A stretch of 64,000 nucleotides of DNA from Bacteroidales bacterium (lineage in GTDB: Bacteria; Bacteroidota; Bacteroidia; Bacteroidales; VadinHA17), in contig JAIPBU010000006.1 of assembly GCA_021738535.1 (NCBI GenBank), positions 26,068 to 90,067 of the forward strand. Reading direction: 5' to 3'. Numbering within the stretch: the first letter of the stretch is position 1; every line of letters begins with the position of its first letter. The notes under the pieces are model-generated. The model saw nothing but the letters and a program-made list of their open reading frames with translations, searched no databases and had not been told where the DNA came from. Both the position numbers and the translations under genes were made by a program. Shown here in pieces: positions 27,161-37,244 of the stretch.

Positions 27161-28939
27161 ATGAAAAACATAAATTTACTATTCATCGTTTTAATTATTA
27201 CTTTTCTATATTCCTGTAATCCTTACAGGATTGATAATCCCGCGATTACAGGCGATGAATTAGAAGATCATATTAACTACCTTGCTTCAGATGCGTTAGA
27301 GGGAAGATTGCCCGGAACCAAAGGCGACAGCATGAGCGCCTCTTACATAAAGGACAACCTTGAAGGCTGGGGCTTGAAACCTCTCTCCGGCAATGTTATA
27401 CAGGAATTCGAGATCGTAAAGACTGTCAAAGCAGGTGATGATAACCGTCTTATGATTAATAATAAGCAGGTTGACAGAGACAAGTTTATGCCAATGGCTT
27501 TCAGTGAAGATACAACTGTCAGCGGCGAAATTGTATTTGCCGGATATGGCTTCAGTATTTCCTCAGACACCCTCCGGTGGAATGATTATAAGAACCTTGA
27601 GGTAAGCAATAAATGGGTGATGCTTCTGAGAGCAGATCCTGAGGTTGACGACCAGTCAAGCAAATTTGCACAGGTAAGTAATGACCGTAATAAAGCGATG
27701 CTGGCAAAGGACATGGGTGCAGCGGGTGTTCTGCTTGTATCAGGATATAATTTTGATCCTGAGGATAAGTTCGAAAAGTTAGCAGGCGGAGAATATTCAA
27801 CCGGAATTCCCGTATTCAGGATCAACAGGGAAGTTGCAGATATGATATTGAGTCATAAAGAAACAACAATAAGGGAGGCAGAAGAAAATCTGAATTCCAC
27901 ATATTCACCTCTCAGTTTTGATATACCACTGACGGTGGAGGGTCAATCAGACATTTATGAAGAAAAAGTCACGACAGGGAATGTTGCCATGGTGCTCCAG
28001 GGGAACGATCCGGTATTAAAAAATGAATATATAATTATTGGTGGCCACTTTGATCATCTTGGTATGGGTGGTCAGGGTACATCAAGCAGGGCTCCTGACA
28101 CTACAGCCGTGCACTATGGAGCAGATGATAATGCCTCGGGTATAGCTGCAATGCTCGAAATAGCTGAAAAATTCGCAGGTGAAGAAAGCAATTCACGCTC
28201 AATAATATTTGCAGGGTTTGCCGCGGAGGAAATGGGTCTGCTGGGATCCAAGTATTTTGCAGACAATATGACCATTGAGACAGGACGTATTAATGCCATG
28301 ATCAACCTTGATATGATCGGCAGGTTAAAAGATAACAATACAATGCAGGTATCCGGAACAGGCACAGCTGAAACACTCGAAGAAATAATAAAATCTCATA
28401 ACGACACAAGTGTACTCAGGCTGGCTTTATCTGAAGAAGGTTATGGCCCCTCTGACCACAGTTCTTTTTACGGAAAGGATATCCCGGTTCTTTTCTTTTC
28501 AACCGGTGCACACCTTGACTATCATACCCCTTTTGATACTCCCGGCAAAATTAATTACGAAGGTTTGCTAAGGGTTACAGATTTTATTTATGATATCTCC
28601 AGTGAACTAGCCAATCAGGATAGTATGCTTGTTTTCACCGAGGCAGGACCTAAAACAAGGATGAACAGGAGAATGAGACGCAAAGGAGTTACCCTGGGCA
28701 TTATGCCTGATTTTGCAGGAAATGTAAAGAATGGTCTAAGAGCAGATTTTGTAATACCTGGCAGGCCGGCCGAAAACGGGGGTATGAAAAAAGGTGATAT
28801 TATTACCGCAATAAACGGAAAAGAAATAAATAATATTGAGGATTATATGTACAGGCTCTCAAAACTGGAACATGGTCAGACCATACAGGTTGAAATATTG
28901 AGAGGTGAAGATGAAGAACTTTTACTGATAGCATTATAA
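27161..28939 (+). CDS. M28-family aminopeptidase with a C-terminal PDZ domain (lipoprotein)
   Basis: Lipoprotein signal (FLYSC); PA-like insert; M28 motifs GGHFDHLG, DDNASG, EEMGLLGS, DMIG; C-terminal PDZ (GMKKGDIITAINGKEI). Confidence 0.85.
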   Translation: MKNINLLFIVLIITFLYSCNPYRIDNPAITGDELEDHINYLASDALEGRLPGTKGDSMSASYIKDNLEGWGLKPLSGNVIQEFEIVKTVKAGDDNRLMINNKQVDRDKFMPMAFSEDTTVSGEIVFAGYGFSISSDTLRWNDYKNLEVSNKWVMLLRADPEVDDQSSKFAQVSNDRNKAMLAKDMGAAGVLLVSGYNFDPEDKFEKLAGGEYSTGIPVFRINREVADMILSHKETTIREAEENLNSTYSPLSFDIPLTVEGQSDIYEEKVTTGNVAMVLQGNDPVLKNEYIIIGGHFDHLGMGGQGTSSRAPDTTAVHYGADDNASGIAAMLEIAEKFAGEESNSRSIIFAGFAAEEMGLLGSKYFADNMTIETGRINAMINLDMIGRLKDNNTMQVSGTGTAETLEEIIKSHNDTSVLRLALSEEGYGPSDHSSFYGKDIPVLFFSTGAHLDYHTPFDTPGKINYEGLLRVTDFIYDISSELANQDSMLVFTEAGPKTRMNRRMRRKGVTLGIMPDFAGNVKNGLRADFVIPGRPAENGGMKKGDIITAINGKEINNIEDYMYRLSKLEHGQTIQVEILRGEDEELLLIAL

Positions 28940-28950
28940 AAACAAATTAA

Positions 28951-29829
28951 ATGAAAACATCAATTTACTGGGTACTTGCAATTATAATTACCCTGTCGGC
29001 AGCCTATTACCAGAGAAAAACAGGTCCTACTTATCCAAAACAGGAGGAGATTCAGGTCAATGGTACTGAATATAAACTGAGATTGACAAGAAGTATCGAA
29101 CTGGGAGAAAGACACTTCGTTAAGCTGGGGATTAAAGACTCCAGTGTAAATGCCATACTTCATTACAGGCGTTATAATGTTGATGAGCCATATAAATCAG
29201 TTGCATTCCGCTACGAAGAACACCCCATTAATTCATTCTTAATGAACAGGGTGTTTAGTGTCGAACAAGAACAAGGGCTGTTTGCAGATATACCACCTCA
29301 GCCCCCAGCCGGAAAAGTTGAATATTATTTTGAAATAACTGACGGTAGTGGTAAGACCACATATTTTGAGAATCAGCCCATCGTAATACGTTTCAAGGGA
29401 GCTGTTCCTTCAGGTATATTAACACCCCATATTATCCTGATGTTTTTTGCCATGCTCCTTTCAACCCTTACAGGCATGATGGCAATGGGTAAGCACCGAA
29501 GATACCGCAGATGGGGGATATGGACCTTCATATGCCTGTTTGCCGGTGGTATGATACTTGGACCCATGGTCCAATACCACGCATTCGGAGAAGCTTGGAC
29601 AGGCATTCCTTTTGGGTGGGACCTTACGGATAATAAAACCCTGATAGCTGTCATATTCTGGGCTATTGCAGTATATGGAAACAGGAAAAAAGAACGCCCG
29701 TCATTAAGCATCCTGGCTGCGGTAGTTCTATTACTTGTATATACAATACCCCATAGTATGTTTGGATCGGAGCTGAACTATGAAAGCGGCGAGGTTATAC
29801 AGGGAATCATTTTGCCGATATTATATTGA
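28951..29829 (+). CDS. Hypothetical integral membrane protein (N-terminal TM, about 140-aa extracytoplasmic domain, C-terminal TM bundle)
   Basis: 292-aa ORF, 11 nt downstream of the M28-PDZ gene. Hydrophobic segments read directly from the translation. No family recognised. Confidence 0.65.
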   Translation: MKTSIYWVLAIIITLSAAYYQRKTGPTYPKQEEIQVNGTEYKLRLTRSIELGERHFVKLGIKDSSVNAILHYRRYNVDEPYKSVAFRYEEHPINSFLMNRVFSVEQEQGLFADIPPQPPAGKVEYYFEITDGSGKTTYFENQPIVIRFKGAVPSGILTPHIILMFFAMLLSTLTGMMAMGKHRRYRRWGIWTFICLFAGGMILGPMVQYHAFGEAWTGIPFGWDLTDNKTLIAVIFWAIAVYGNRKKERPSLSILAAVVLLLVYTIPHSMFGSELNYESGEVIQGIILPILY

Positions 29830-29948
29830 CAAATAAGGTGTTTTTTTTAATATCTTGATGCAGCGCACCCGTTTTTGTATCGTCATTGTAATGAAAACAA
29901 ATAAAAGTGGGTGCAGCAATACATAAAGAAGAAAAAAGCCAATTTTTT

Positions 29949-30515
29949 ATGGTAAGCACAGAAGCGGCATTCCGCAACATACACCAGGACCTCATCGACG
30001 GATGTAAAAACGGCGATCAGAAAGCACAGTTCCAGATTTATAAACTGTACTATAAAGCTATGTTTAATACAAGTCTGAGAATTGTGAGCGACACCATGGA
30101 GGCTGAAGATATTATGCAGGAGGCATTTTTATCAGCTTTCGAGAAAATAAACACCTACTCCGGAAAAGTAAGTTTCGGGGCATGGTTGAAAAAAATAGTG
30201 ATAAACCGTTCACTTGATTCGGTAAGCAGACAGAAAGCGATCTTTGAAGATATTGATACTCATTACGAACTGCAGGAGGAAGCAGATAAAGGGGTTGATG
30301 ATGATCCGGATCTGGAAGAAAAAATGGAAGAAATAAAAAAAGCCATCAGCAATCTTCCGGACGGATACAGAATTATTCTATCGCTCTACCTCCTTGAAGG
30401 ATATGATCATGATGAGATAGGTGAAATACTCGATATTTCAAGCAGTACATCCAGATCGCAGTTATCAAGGGCAAAACAAAAATTGCTTAATGAGTTAAGA
30501 AACGGAAGTAATTAG
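29949..30515 (+). CDS. ECF-type RNA polymerase sigma-70 family factor
   Basis: Region 2 (DIMQEAFLSAFEKI, AWLKKIVINRS) and region 4 (YRIILSLYLLEGYDHDEIGEILDISSSTSRSQLSRAK). I prefer the ATG at 29949 over the upstream GTG at 29907. Confidence 0.88.
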   Translation: MVSTEAAFRNIHQDLIDGCKNGDQKAQFQIYKLYYKAMFNTSLRIVSDTMEAEDIMQEAFLSAFEKINTYSGKVSFGAWLKKIVINRSLDSVSRQKAIFEDIDTHYELQEEADKGVDDDPDLEEKMEEIKKAISNLPDGYRIILSLYLLEGYDHDEIGEILDISSSTSRSQLSRAKQKLLNELRNGSN

Positions 30516-30527
30516 AATAAGGTAAAC

Positions 30528-31121
30528 ATGTCAGGTATGAAAGATATAGAGAAAATAATCAGGGATAACACGGGATTCTTCAACAATGAAGAGCCTTTTG
30601 AAGGCCACTTTGAAAGATTCCATGCTAAAATGGAAGCAAAACAGTTTGTTACTCCAAAAAGAGTCAGCATTGTGCCCCACCTCCTTAAAGCAGCGGTTGT
30701 GGCCTTACTTGTTTCACTTTCATCTCTATGGACCTGGGAGCACGTTCTCAGTCCCGATGCCAGGATGATGTCACTGAGCGAAGTTTCTCCGGAATACAAG
30801 GAAGTTGAAAAATATTATGTTCAACAGGTAAACCTGATGGAGAATGAAATCCAGGATATGTGGATCAGCGGTCATCCCGAAGAAAAAGAAATGCTCCTGG
30901 ATGAAATTGACCAGATGGATGCCAAATACGAGGAACTGCAAAAAGACCTCAAGGCAAATCCAAATGATGAAAGGGTCATTAATGCAATGATAGAGCATTA
31001 TGAGAAGAAAGTGGAAATAATGAACTACATACTTACGCAACTAAGAAGCGTAAAGTCAGATAATGAAAACGAAAGTGAAAATCAAATAAACAACGAAAAT
31101 TATGAAACGGTCAGGTTGTAA
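30528..31121 (+). CDS. Putative anti-sigma factor (single TM)
   Basis: Sits immediately downstream of the ECF sigma gene (12-nt gap). One TM helix (LLKAAVVALLVSLSSLW) and an acidic coiled C-terminal part. The call is from position and topology only. Confidence 0.55.
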   Translation: MSGMKDIEKIIRDNTGFFNNEEPFEGHFERFHAKMEAKQFVTPKRVSIVPHLLKAAVVALLVSLSSLWTWEHVLSPDARMMSLSEVSPEYKEVEKYYVQQVNLMENEIQDMWISGHPEEKEMLLDEIDQMDAKYEELQKDLKANPNDERVINAMIEHYEKKVEIMNYILTQLRSVKSDNENESENQINNENYETVRL

Positions 31122-32187
31122 AACAGTAATCAGGTTGTTGTTTGTTCAATTGATTCTTTTAATTACTGTAGCAGTATATGCTGATGAGGTACAGAAAAAA
31201 TTCTCAAAGGAATATGATGCTAAAGGAATAAAAGAACTTGAGATCAGCAATCGCTACGGAGATGTTGAATTTGTAAATACCGATAATAACAAAATTAGTA
31301 TTGTCGTAGACGTACAGGTTTACCATCCCAACAATAACAAAGCTGAAAAGCTTCTTTCACTGATAGATGTCGAATTCAGCAAAGATGATAACACCATTGA
31401 AGCCAGGACCGTAATTGACAGACAGTTCAAACTAAACAACATCGGTTCAGGGAGGGGCTTCTCCATTGATTACCGTGTTGAAATGCCCGGGAACCTTAAC
31501 CTCGATGTTGTTAACAGGTACGGAACCATTAAGGCCGGTGATTTATCAGGACATGTTGATATCAGGATCAAATACGGATCACTGTTTATCACCTCCCTCA
31601 CAAGGGATAACCAGGAGCCTTTAAACAGCATTGATGCCGAGTATCTGCATGTGGCGGATATTAATAATGCCGGATGGCTTGAACTGGACATGCGCTATGT
31701 GAGTAAACTGAACATTGGCCAGGCACAGGCATTGCTGATAAACAGCCGCTACTCAACTAATAATAATATTGGCACCGTCAGTTCTGTTGTAATTGACAGT
31801 AAGTATGACAAGTACAATATTGAGAATCTCAAAAATGTTGTTGCCGAATCGGGTTATACAAATTACGATTTTGGTACTGTAGCAAAAACTCTTGATATTG
31901 AAACCAAATACGGATCAATAAAAGCTGATAAAATATTAAAAGACTTTGACATGGTCAGAGCCTACGTTGAATATGCTACTGTAAGACTTTCTTTTGAAGA
32001 GGATGCCTCATACAGGCTTGATGCTGATACAAGGTATTGCAGCCTTTCTTTTGACGAAAGGAATGCAGACATACTCCGCAGGATTGAGGACAGCCATTCA
32101 AAAACAGTAGAAGCCATAATAGGAAATAAGAATACTGATTCAAAAGTAAGGATCGATGCAAATTACGGTTCTGTAAAGCTTTATTAA
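31102..32187 (+). CDS. DUF4097/putative-adhesin-type beta-helical repeat protein (secreted)
   Basis: Signal peptide. At least 10 repeats of the xxRYG(D/S/T)(I/V)xxx type (NRYGDVEF, NRYGTIKA, IKYGSLFI, TKYGSIKA, ANYGSVKL). Overlaps the anti-sigma gene by 20 nt. Confidence 0.6.
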   Translation: MKRSGCKTVIRLLFVQLILLITVAVYADEVQKKFSKEYDAKGIKELEISNRYGDVEFVNTDNNKISIVVDVQVYHPNNNKAEKLLSLIDVEFSKDDNTIEARTVIDRQFKLNNIGSGRGFSIDYRVEMPGNLNLDVVNRYGTIKAGDLSGHVDIRIKYGSLFITSLTRDNQEPLNSIDAEYLHVADINNAGWLELDMRYVSKLNIGQAQALLINSRYSTNNNIGTVSSVVIDSKYDKYNIENLKNVVAESGYTNYDFGTVAKTLDIETKYGSIKADKILKDFDMVRAYVEYATVRLSFEEDASYRLDADTRYCSLSFDERNADILRRIEDSHSKTVEAIIGNKNTDSKVRIDANYGSVKLY

Positions 32188-32204
32188 CAATCTATACATC
32201 CCCC

Positions 32205-32222
32205 GGCTCCCACCAGGGAGCC
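32205..32222. terminator. Short GC hairpin between convergent genes
   Basis: ggctccc-acca-gggagcc, a 7-bp stem in the 85-nt spacer between the DUF4097 gene (+) and the SpoIIE gene (-). Confidence 0.45.
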
Positions 32223-32272
32223 ATGCGGGATTTGTAGGTGCCGGTTCAGGCTACCCACGATTATATTCTTTT

Positions 32273-34768
32273 TTAAAACCGTACTCCTATCACTAGTACA
32301 TCATCCACCTGTTCTTCTTCTCCCTTCCAGTCCATGAAAGTCCTGTCAATTTTCTCCTTCTGCTCCTGCATTGGTCTTTTATAATCTTTCAACAAGAGTT
32401 CCCTGAATGCACGGTATTTGAATTTCTTGCCGGACGGACCCCCGAACTGATCTGCATAACCATCTGAAAACAGGTAGATAGCATCACCCTTTTCAGGATA
32501 AATGTGGTGATTTGTAAAAGGACGGTCTGATGAGCGATGAATGCCTATTGGCATTTTATCAGCATCAATCCTTAATAATTCATTATTACGTACATGGTAA
32601 AGAGGATTATTGGCTCCGGCAAAATCAAGGCGATTGCTCCTGCGGTTATATATACACAAAGAGATATCCATACCATCCTGTGTCTCTCCTTCCATACCCC
32701 TTTGCTTTAGCGACCGGATCACTTCCTGCCTTAGCAGGTTCAGAATATCTCCTGCATTTTCATACTCCCTTGAATTAACAATATCATTCAGGAAGGCGTT
32801 ACCCAGCATACTCATAAAAGCACCAGGCACTCCGTGCCCTGTACAATCTGCAGCTGCAAAGCATAGTAAATCACCCTTACTCTGTCCCCAGTAAAAATCG
32901 CCGCTTACAATATCCTTGGGCTTAAAAAGAATAAAATTCTCCAGCCCCCATTCGTCAAAGAAATTAAGTGGAGGAAGAACAGCTGTCTGGATCCTGCTGG
33001 CATATTCTATACTATCCGTTATGGAAGAGTTTTTTTCTTCGATAATATCTTTCTGCCTGGAGATCTCATCTTTTTGTTCCAGTAATTTAATATTCTTACG
33101 CCTGGAGGATAAAAAACTAAGCAGTATCAGTATTACAATTATCCCAAGTAAAACCACCATCCAGATTGCCCTTTTACGTGCTTCATGTTCTTTATCAATT
33201 TCCAGTTGCTGCTGTCTTATCTCGCTCTCCTGGAGTTGGTTCTTTCTTAGTAGTTCTTTCTCCTCATTCTCCTTCCTCAACAGTTCCAGTCTCTGAATAG
33301 CCCGCTCCTGCTCCAGATTCCTGATCTCCTGCTCTTTCATCTCCCTTTCATGCTTCTCCCTGGCCAGAGCAATAGACTGCTCCAGTCTTTCCCTTTCAGA
33401 TTTCTCTAACTCACGTTCTCTTGCAATCAGTTCAATCTCATTTTGTCTTTTCTCATTCTCAACCCTTAGCTTATCTATCATCACATCCTTCAGTTCTTCA
33501 TCTGCAAGACTGAGCAATAGCTGCTGTTCAAGATTCTCAAGGTCACTTCTCCTCCTGTCGGCAGCCTGCTCTGCTAACCTCCTCTCAAGCCTTAGAGAGT
33601 CACGCAACGAAAGGTATTTTTCATAATAATCCAGGGCTTTCACAAAATCGTTACCGGCTTCCAGTACTTCTGAATAAGTAAGATAACTATCCTGCAAAAC
33701 ATTATAAGATGATGCCTCTGTAGCAGATTCAATGGCAGCATTTGAGTAATAATCTGCATGGTAATAGTCACCCTTATTTTTACTTACAACTGCCAGTATA
33801 TGCTCAAGCCTTGCCTGCCCTCTTTTATCTTTGTGTGTTTTTGCTTCATCAAGGGCCTTTTCGAAGTACAGGGTAGCGTCCTGCATATTACCATCATTCT
33901 GATAACAAATTGCTACGTTGGAGTAAGCATCATGAGCTGACACATCAGAGTCGGAGAGCATAAGAGCAGATCTGAGGTAATAATCAATAGCACCTGAATA
34001 ATCTTCCTCCTCGAAAGAGGTAAGCGCAAGTGAACTGTATGCTCCCGCCATATCTTCCGGCCTGTTTGTACTTTCAAGGATAGTAATAAGGTCACCCAGT
34101 ATTTTCTGCGCATCATCAAACTCCTGTGCCTGGATATGACATGATGATATGGCAAATAAAGAATTTATCAAAGTGGAAGTATCTGATTCAGCTGCAGACA
34201 ATTTTGCGGATTTTTCAAACCATGGCAAGGCTTCATCGTAATCTCCATCTCTGAAAAAAGACATTGCTGCCTTGTAGGCACTGCCGGGCATATCTCCTTT
34301 TAAACCCTTATTGTACAGCTCAAACTCCCTAATATAATAAGATGCAGCCAGGTTGTAAACGCCCATTTCGTAATACCTGGAAGCCAGGAAGGCAAGTATG
34401 TCAGATAAATGCTCGTTCATATTCATTCCTGAATAGGAAGAGAGAGATTTCAGTTTATACCTGAGTGTTAATTCCCATTCGTCTAGACCATCATAGATAT
34501 CACCAAGCAAACTGTAAGCAGCGGCCTCTAATGTTTCCAGGTCATTATCAATAACCATTTCCAGCAAGCTGTCAACAACAACCAGGGCAGAGTCATATTT
34601 CTTCAGACCGGTAAGCTCTCGTGCATGATTAATCATAATTTCAGCCCTTAAAGAGTCATTTTTTGCCGTGTTTTGATTATTAACTGCAAAAACAGGCTCA
34701 GAAATACCGAACCACAATAATGTCAGTAAAAGCAAAAAGGTTGTTATAGTCCTGTTTTTCAATTCCAT
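32273..34768 (-). CDS. Transmembrane TPR + coiled-coil sensor fused to a PP2C/SpoIIE-family serine phosphatase
   Basis: Signal/TM at the N-terminus; about 370 aa of TPR-like repeats; about 130 aa of E/R/K-rich coiled coil; TM (IWMVVLLGIIVILILLSFL); then SpoIIE motifs (ASRIQTAVLP, SGDFYW, DCTGHGVPGAFMS, DGMDISLC, FSDGYADQFGG). Confidence 0.88.
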   Translation of the reverse strand: MELKNRTITTFLLLLTLLWFGISEPVFAVNNQNTAKNDSLRAEIMINHARELTGLKKYDSALVVVDSLLEMVIDNDLETLEAAAYSLLGDIYDGLDEWELTLRYKLKSLSSYSGMNMNEHLSDILAFLASRYYEMGVYNLAASYYIREFELYNKGLKGDMPGSAYKAAMSFFRDGDYDEALPWFEKSAKLSAAESDTSTLINSLFAISSCHIQAQEFDDAQKILGDLITILESTNRPEDMAGAYSSLALTSFEEEDYSGAIDYYLRSALMLSDSDVSAHDAYSNVAICYQNDGNMQDATLYFEKALDEAKTHKDKRGQARLEHILAVVSKNKGDYYHADYYSNAAIESATEASSYNVLQDSYLTYSEVLEAGNDFVKALDYYEKYLSLRDSLRLERRLAEQAADRRRSDLENLEQQLLLSLADEELKDVMIDKLRVENEKRQNEIELIARERELEKSERERLEQSIALAREKHEREMKEQEIRNLEQERAIQRLELLRKENEEKELLRKNQLQESEIRQQQLEIDKEHEARKRAIWMVVLLGIIVILILLSFLSSRRKNIKLLEQKDEISRQKDIIEEKNSSITDSIEYASRIQTAVLPPLNFFDEWGLENFILFKPKDIVSGDFYWGQSKGDLLCFAAADCTGHGVPGAFMSMLGNAFLNDIVNSREYENAGDILNLLRQEVIRSLKQRGMEGETQDGMDISLCIYNRRSNRLDFAGANNPLYHVRNNELLRIDADKMPIGIHRSSDRPFTNHHIYPEKGDAIYLFSDGYADQFGGPSGKKFKYRAFRELLLKDYKRPMQEQKEKIDRTFMDWKGEEEQVDDVLVIGVRF

Positions 34769-37137
34769 GCGTAAGTTAATCCAAAACGTATATTCCTGCC
34801 CAGCTGTGGGTTATATGGTAAGCCATAATACTTATTCATACCAAGTCCACCATATTTCTCATCAAAAAGATTATTCACTTTAAGATACATGCTCAGGCTG
34901 TTATTAAAACTATACCTTGCCAGTACATCAAGTGAATAAAAACCATCGGCATTTTTGAAAATATCTTCATAGATTTCCTCTAAAGGAATTAGCACTCTTA
35001 ACCAGTTAGACTCCCAGATACCCGCGATGTTAATATACAGGCCATCAACAGGTTCCATAGATATCTGCATCTGACCAAAATGCTGTGGTGTCAGAGTAAA
35101 ATCTGATAAAAAATCACCGGCAATGCTGAATATATCAGGGAAAGACTCACTGGATTTCGCAAAAGTAAGACTCAGTTCCGCATCCATCTTAATAGACTCT
35201 ACTATATTGGTCCATTTAAGTGTTGCCTGCAAGCCATAAAGTCGTGCTACCGAATTTTCGGCATTAGCCTTAACCCTGATGGTGGAAGTATCGGTAAGAG
35301 CTACTGCTGCCGGCAGGGTATTAATCTCATCCACAGGAATATTCTGGTCATATATCAGGTTATTAATCCTGTTATAATATATTGACAGATCAAACCTGTA
35401 CTTTGAGCTTACTTTTCTGATAAGTCCCATTTCAACTGACATATACTCCTCCGGTAATAGACCCGGGTTAGGAGCTGCAAGGTATATCATACTATCAAGG
35501 TCGGAGCCGGTTCTGTAGCCAAGCGATTGGTAAGCAAGTGAAGAAGGCGGTGCCTTGTAGGCAAATCCCAGCGAAGCACGAATACTGGTCTTCCCGTTTA
35601 AGAGGTAAAGGGCAGCAACTCGTGGACTAATGCTCGTTTTATAGATTGAATTGTTATCATACCTCAGGCCTCCCATCACCCTGATCTTTTTTACTGAATA
35701 ATATGCCTGGCCAAAGGCAGACAGATTATGGAAGGTAACAGGGTTCACTCCAAATCCTGCAAATAAGGTGTCAGTAACATTTATTTTTTTACTGAAAGAC
35801 TTATAATCCTTGGGATCAAAAGGACTATCAAGGTAACTGGTCTGTGGTAAATTACCCGAATACTGGTATGATAATCCACCAACAAATTCGAGAGAATTAC
35901 CGGGTACTAAAGTTATTATTTCCTCGAAAAGAAAATCATCACCTGCTGAATACCGGTAAAAAAGATCAGAATAATCAACAAAAGTAAGAGACTGGCTGGA
36001 ATTATTATCCATCCGGTAATTAAGTGAAGACAGGTTAGTTGTTGTGTTAAAACCCGGCAGCCATTCCTTACTGTGACTCAGTGTTGTACGTTTTATATTT
36101 TCACCCCAGTAGGCCTGGGGATTGTCATATTTGTACAAATACCCGGTAAGTCCCAGTGAACTGTGACTTCGCCGGTACATATTGGAAAATGAGAAAGAGA
36201 AATCTCTGAATTTAATTGTAAGACCCAGCATATTGCTCTCTGAAGGTAACTCTTCCATCCGGGGCAGTAGCAAATCTCCTGAATAATTTACCGGGTACTC
36301 ATTATCAATAAAATCTGAAGGATCAATATTATGCTGATTAAGTAATGTTTTATTAATATCCAGAGGTGCATACTCCACTCCCCCTAAAGTAAACAAGGTA
36401 GAAGTACCCTGCAGGTAATGAAGTGGATTATAGACTTTTTCATAACCGCTTTTTATGTTCATATCATTGAACCCGGTCTTTCCACCGTAAAAGCTGTATT
36501 GCAGTATATTCTTATTCCTTCCTGCCTTTCCCCCCACCATAAAGTTAAAACTCATAAAGTCGTTCTGACCCAAAGATATATCTCCTGATGCAAATGTTCC
36601 CCTTTCTGCTTCACGGGTAATAATATTAATAACACCTGAGACAGCATCAGCTCCATAAACTGCAGCTGAGGGGCCGTATACAACCTCTATTCTTTCAGCC
36701 TGTCTTACAGGCAACTGCGACAGTACAGGCATTCCGTTTACCACCGAAGGTTTTACGGGAAGACCATTTACCAGGATCTTGGTATACATATTTCCTGTAA
36801 GGCCTCTAAGTTGAAATATCTCACCCAGTTCGCCTGATCCCGGCTGTGAAACTCTTATACCCGGCAATCGTTTAAGTACATCGCTTAGTGAGGTATACTG
36901 GTTTTTTATTATTTCTTCCCGGCCTATAGTAAAGATTGTAACCGGCAGTTCATCAGGGTTCTTACTGCTAGGGCTCGCTGAAACAACATTGACATTTACA
37001 GAATCTTCCGGGAAAAACAATTCATCACTGCCAAGATCATAACTATCAATACGTGATCTCAGCAGGCTGTCAGGCTGACCCAGCATTACGGTCTGCAATA
37101 AGCTACATACAAATAATATTATTATCTTTCTGCCCAT
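34759..37137 (-). CDS. TonB-dependent receptor (plug + 22-strand barrel type, not SusC-like)
   Basis: Signal peptide; plug motifs (LSDVLKRLPGIRV, RGL....TKILVNGLPV, IERIEVVYGPSAAVYGADAVSGVINIIT); C-terminal barrel ending RFGLTYAWN. Its 3' end overlaps the start of the downstream gene by 10 nt. Confidence 0.9.
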   Translation of the reverse strand: MGRKIIILFVCSLLQTVMLGQPDSLLRSRIDSYDLGSDELFFPEDSVNVNVVSASPSSKNPDELPVTIFTIGREEIIKNQYTSLSDVLKRLPGIRVSQPGSGELGEIFQLRGLTGNMYTKILVNGLPVKPSVVNGMPVLSQLPVRQAERIEVVYGPSAAVYGADAVSGVINIITREAERGTFASGDISLGQNDFMSFNFMVGGKAGRNKNILQYSFYGGKTGFNDMNIKSGYEKVYNPLHYLQGTSTLFTLGGVEYAPLDINKTLLNQHNIDPSDFIDNEYPVNYSGDLLLPRMEELPSESNMLGLTIKFRDFSFSFSNMYRRSHSSLGLTGYLYKYDNPQAYWGENIKRTTLSHSKEWLPGFNTTTNLSSLNYRMDNNSSQSLTFVDYSDLFYRYSAGDDFLFEEIITLVPGNSLEFVGGLSYQYSGNLPQTSYLDSPFDPKDYKSFSKKINVTDTLFAGFGVNPVTFHNLSAFGQAYYSVKKIRVMGGLRYDNNSIYKTSISPRVAALYLLNGKTSIRASLGFAYKAPPSSLAYQSLGYRTGSDLDSMIYLAAPNPGLLPEEYMSVEMGLIRKVSSKYRFDLSIYYNRINNLIYDQNIPVDEINTLPAAVALTDTSTIRVKANAENSVARLYGLQATLKWTNIVESIKMDAELSLTFAKSSESFPDIFSIAGDFLSDFTLTPQHFGQMQISMEPVDGLYINIAGIWESNWLRVLIPLEEIYEDIFKNADGFYSLDVLARYSFNNSLSMYLKVNNLFDEKYGGLGMNKYYGLPYNPQLGRNIRFGLTYAWN

Positions 37138-37244
37138 TGATTCAGAAATCTGAATAAAAATAAGAAATATTTAACGGAATGATAAATATAATAATTAAGC
37201 AATATCCTGGCTCAGGAATACTACAATTAATAAACAATATTATT

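Noticed and set aside
32916-33296. 126-aa ORF and apparent nucleotide repetitiveness (ctcc/ttc-rich) in 33180-33600
   Set aside because: The repetitiveness is the codon footprint of the E/R/K/L-rich coiled coil of the TPR-SpoIIE protein on the other strand. It is not an independent DNA repeat or gene.
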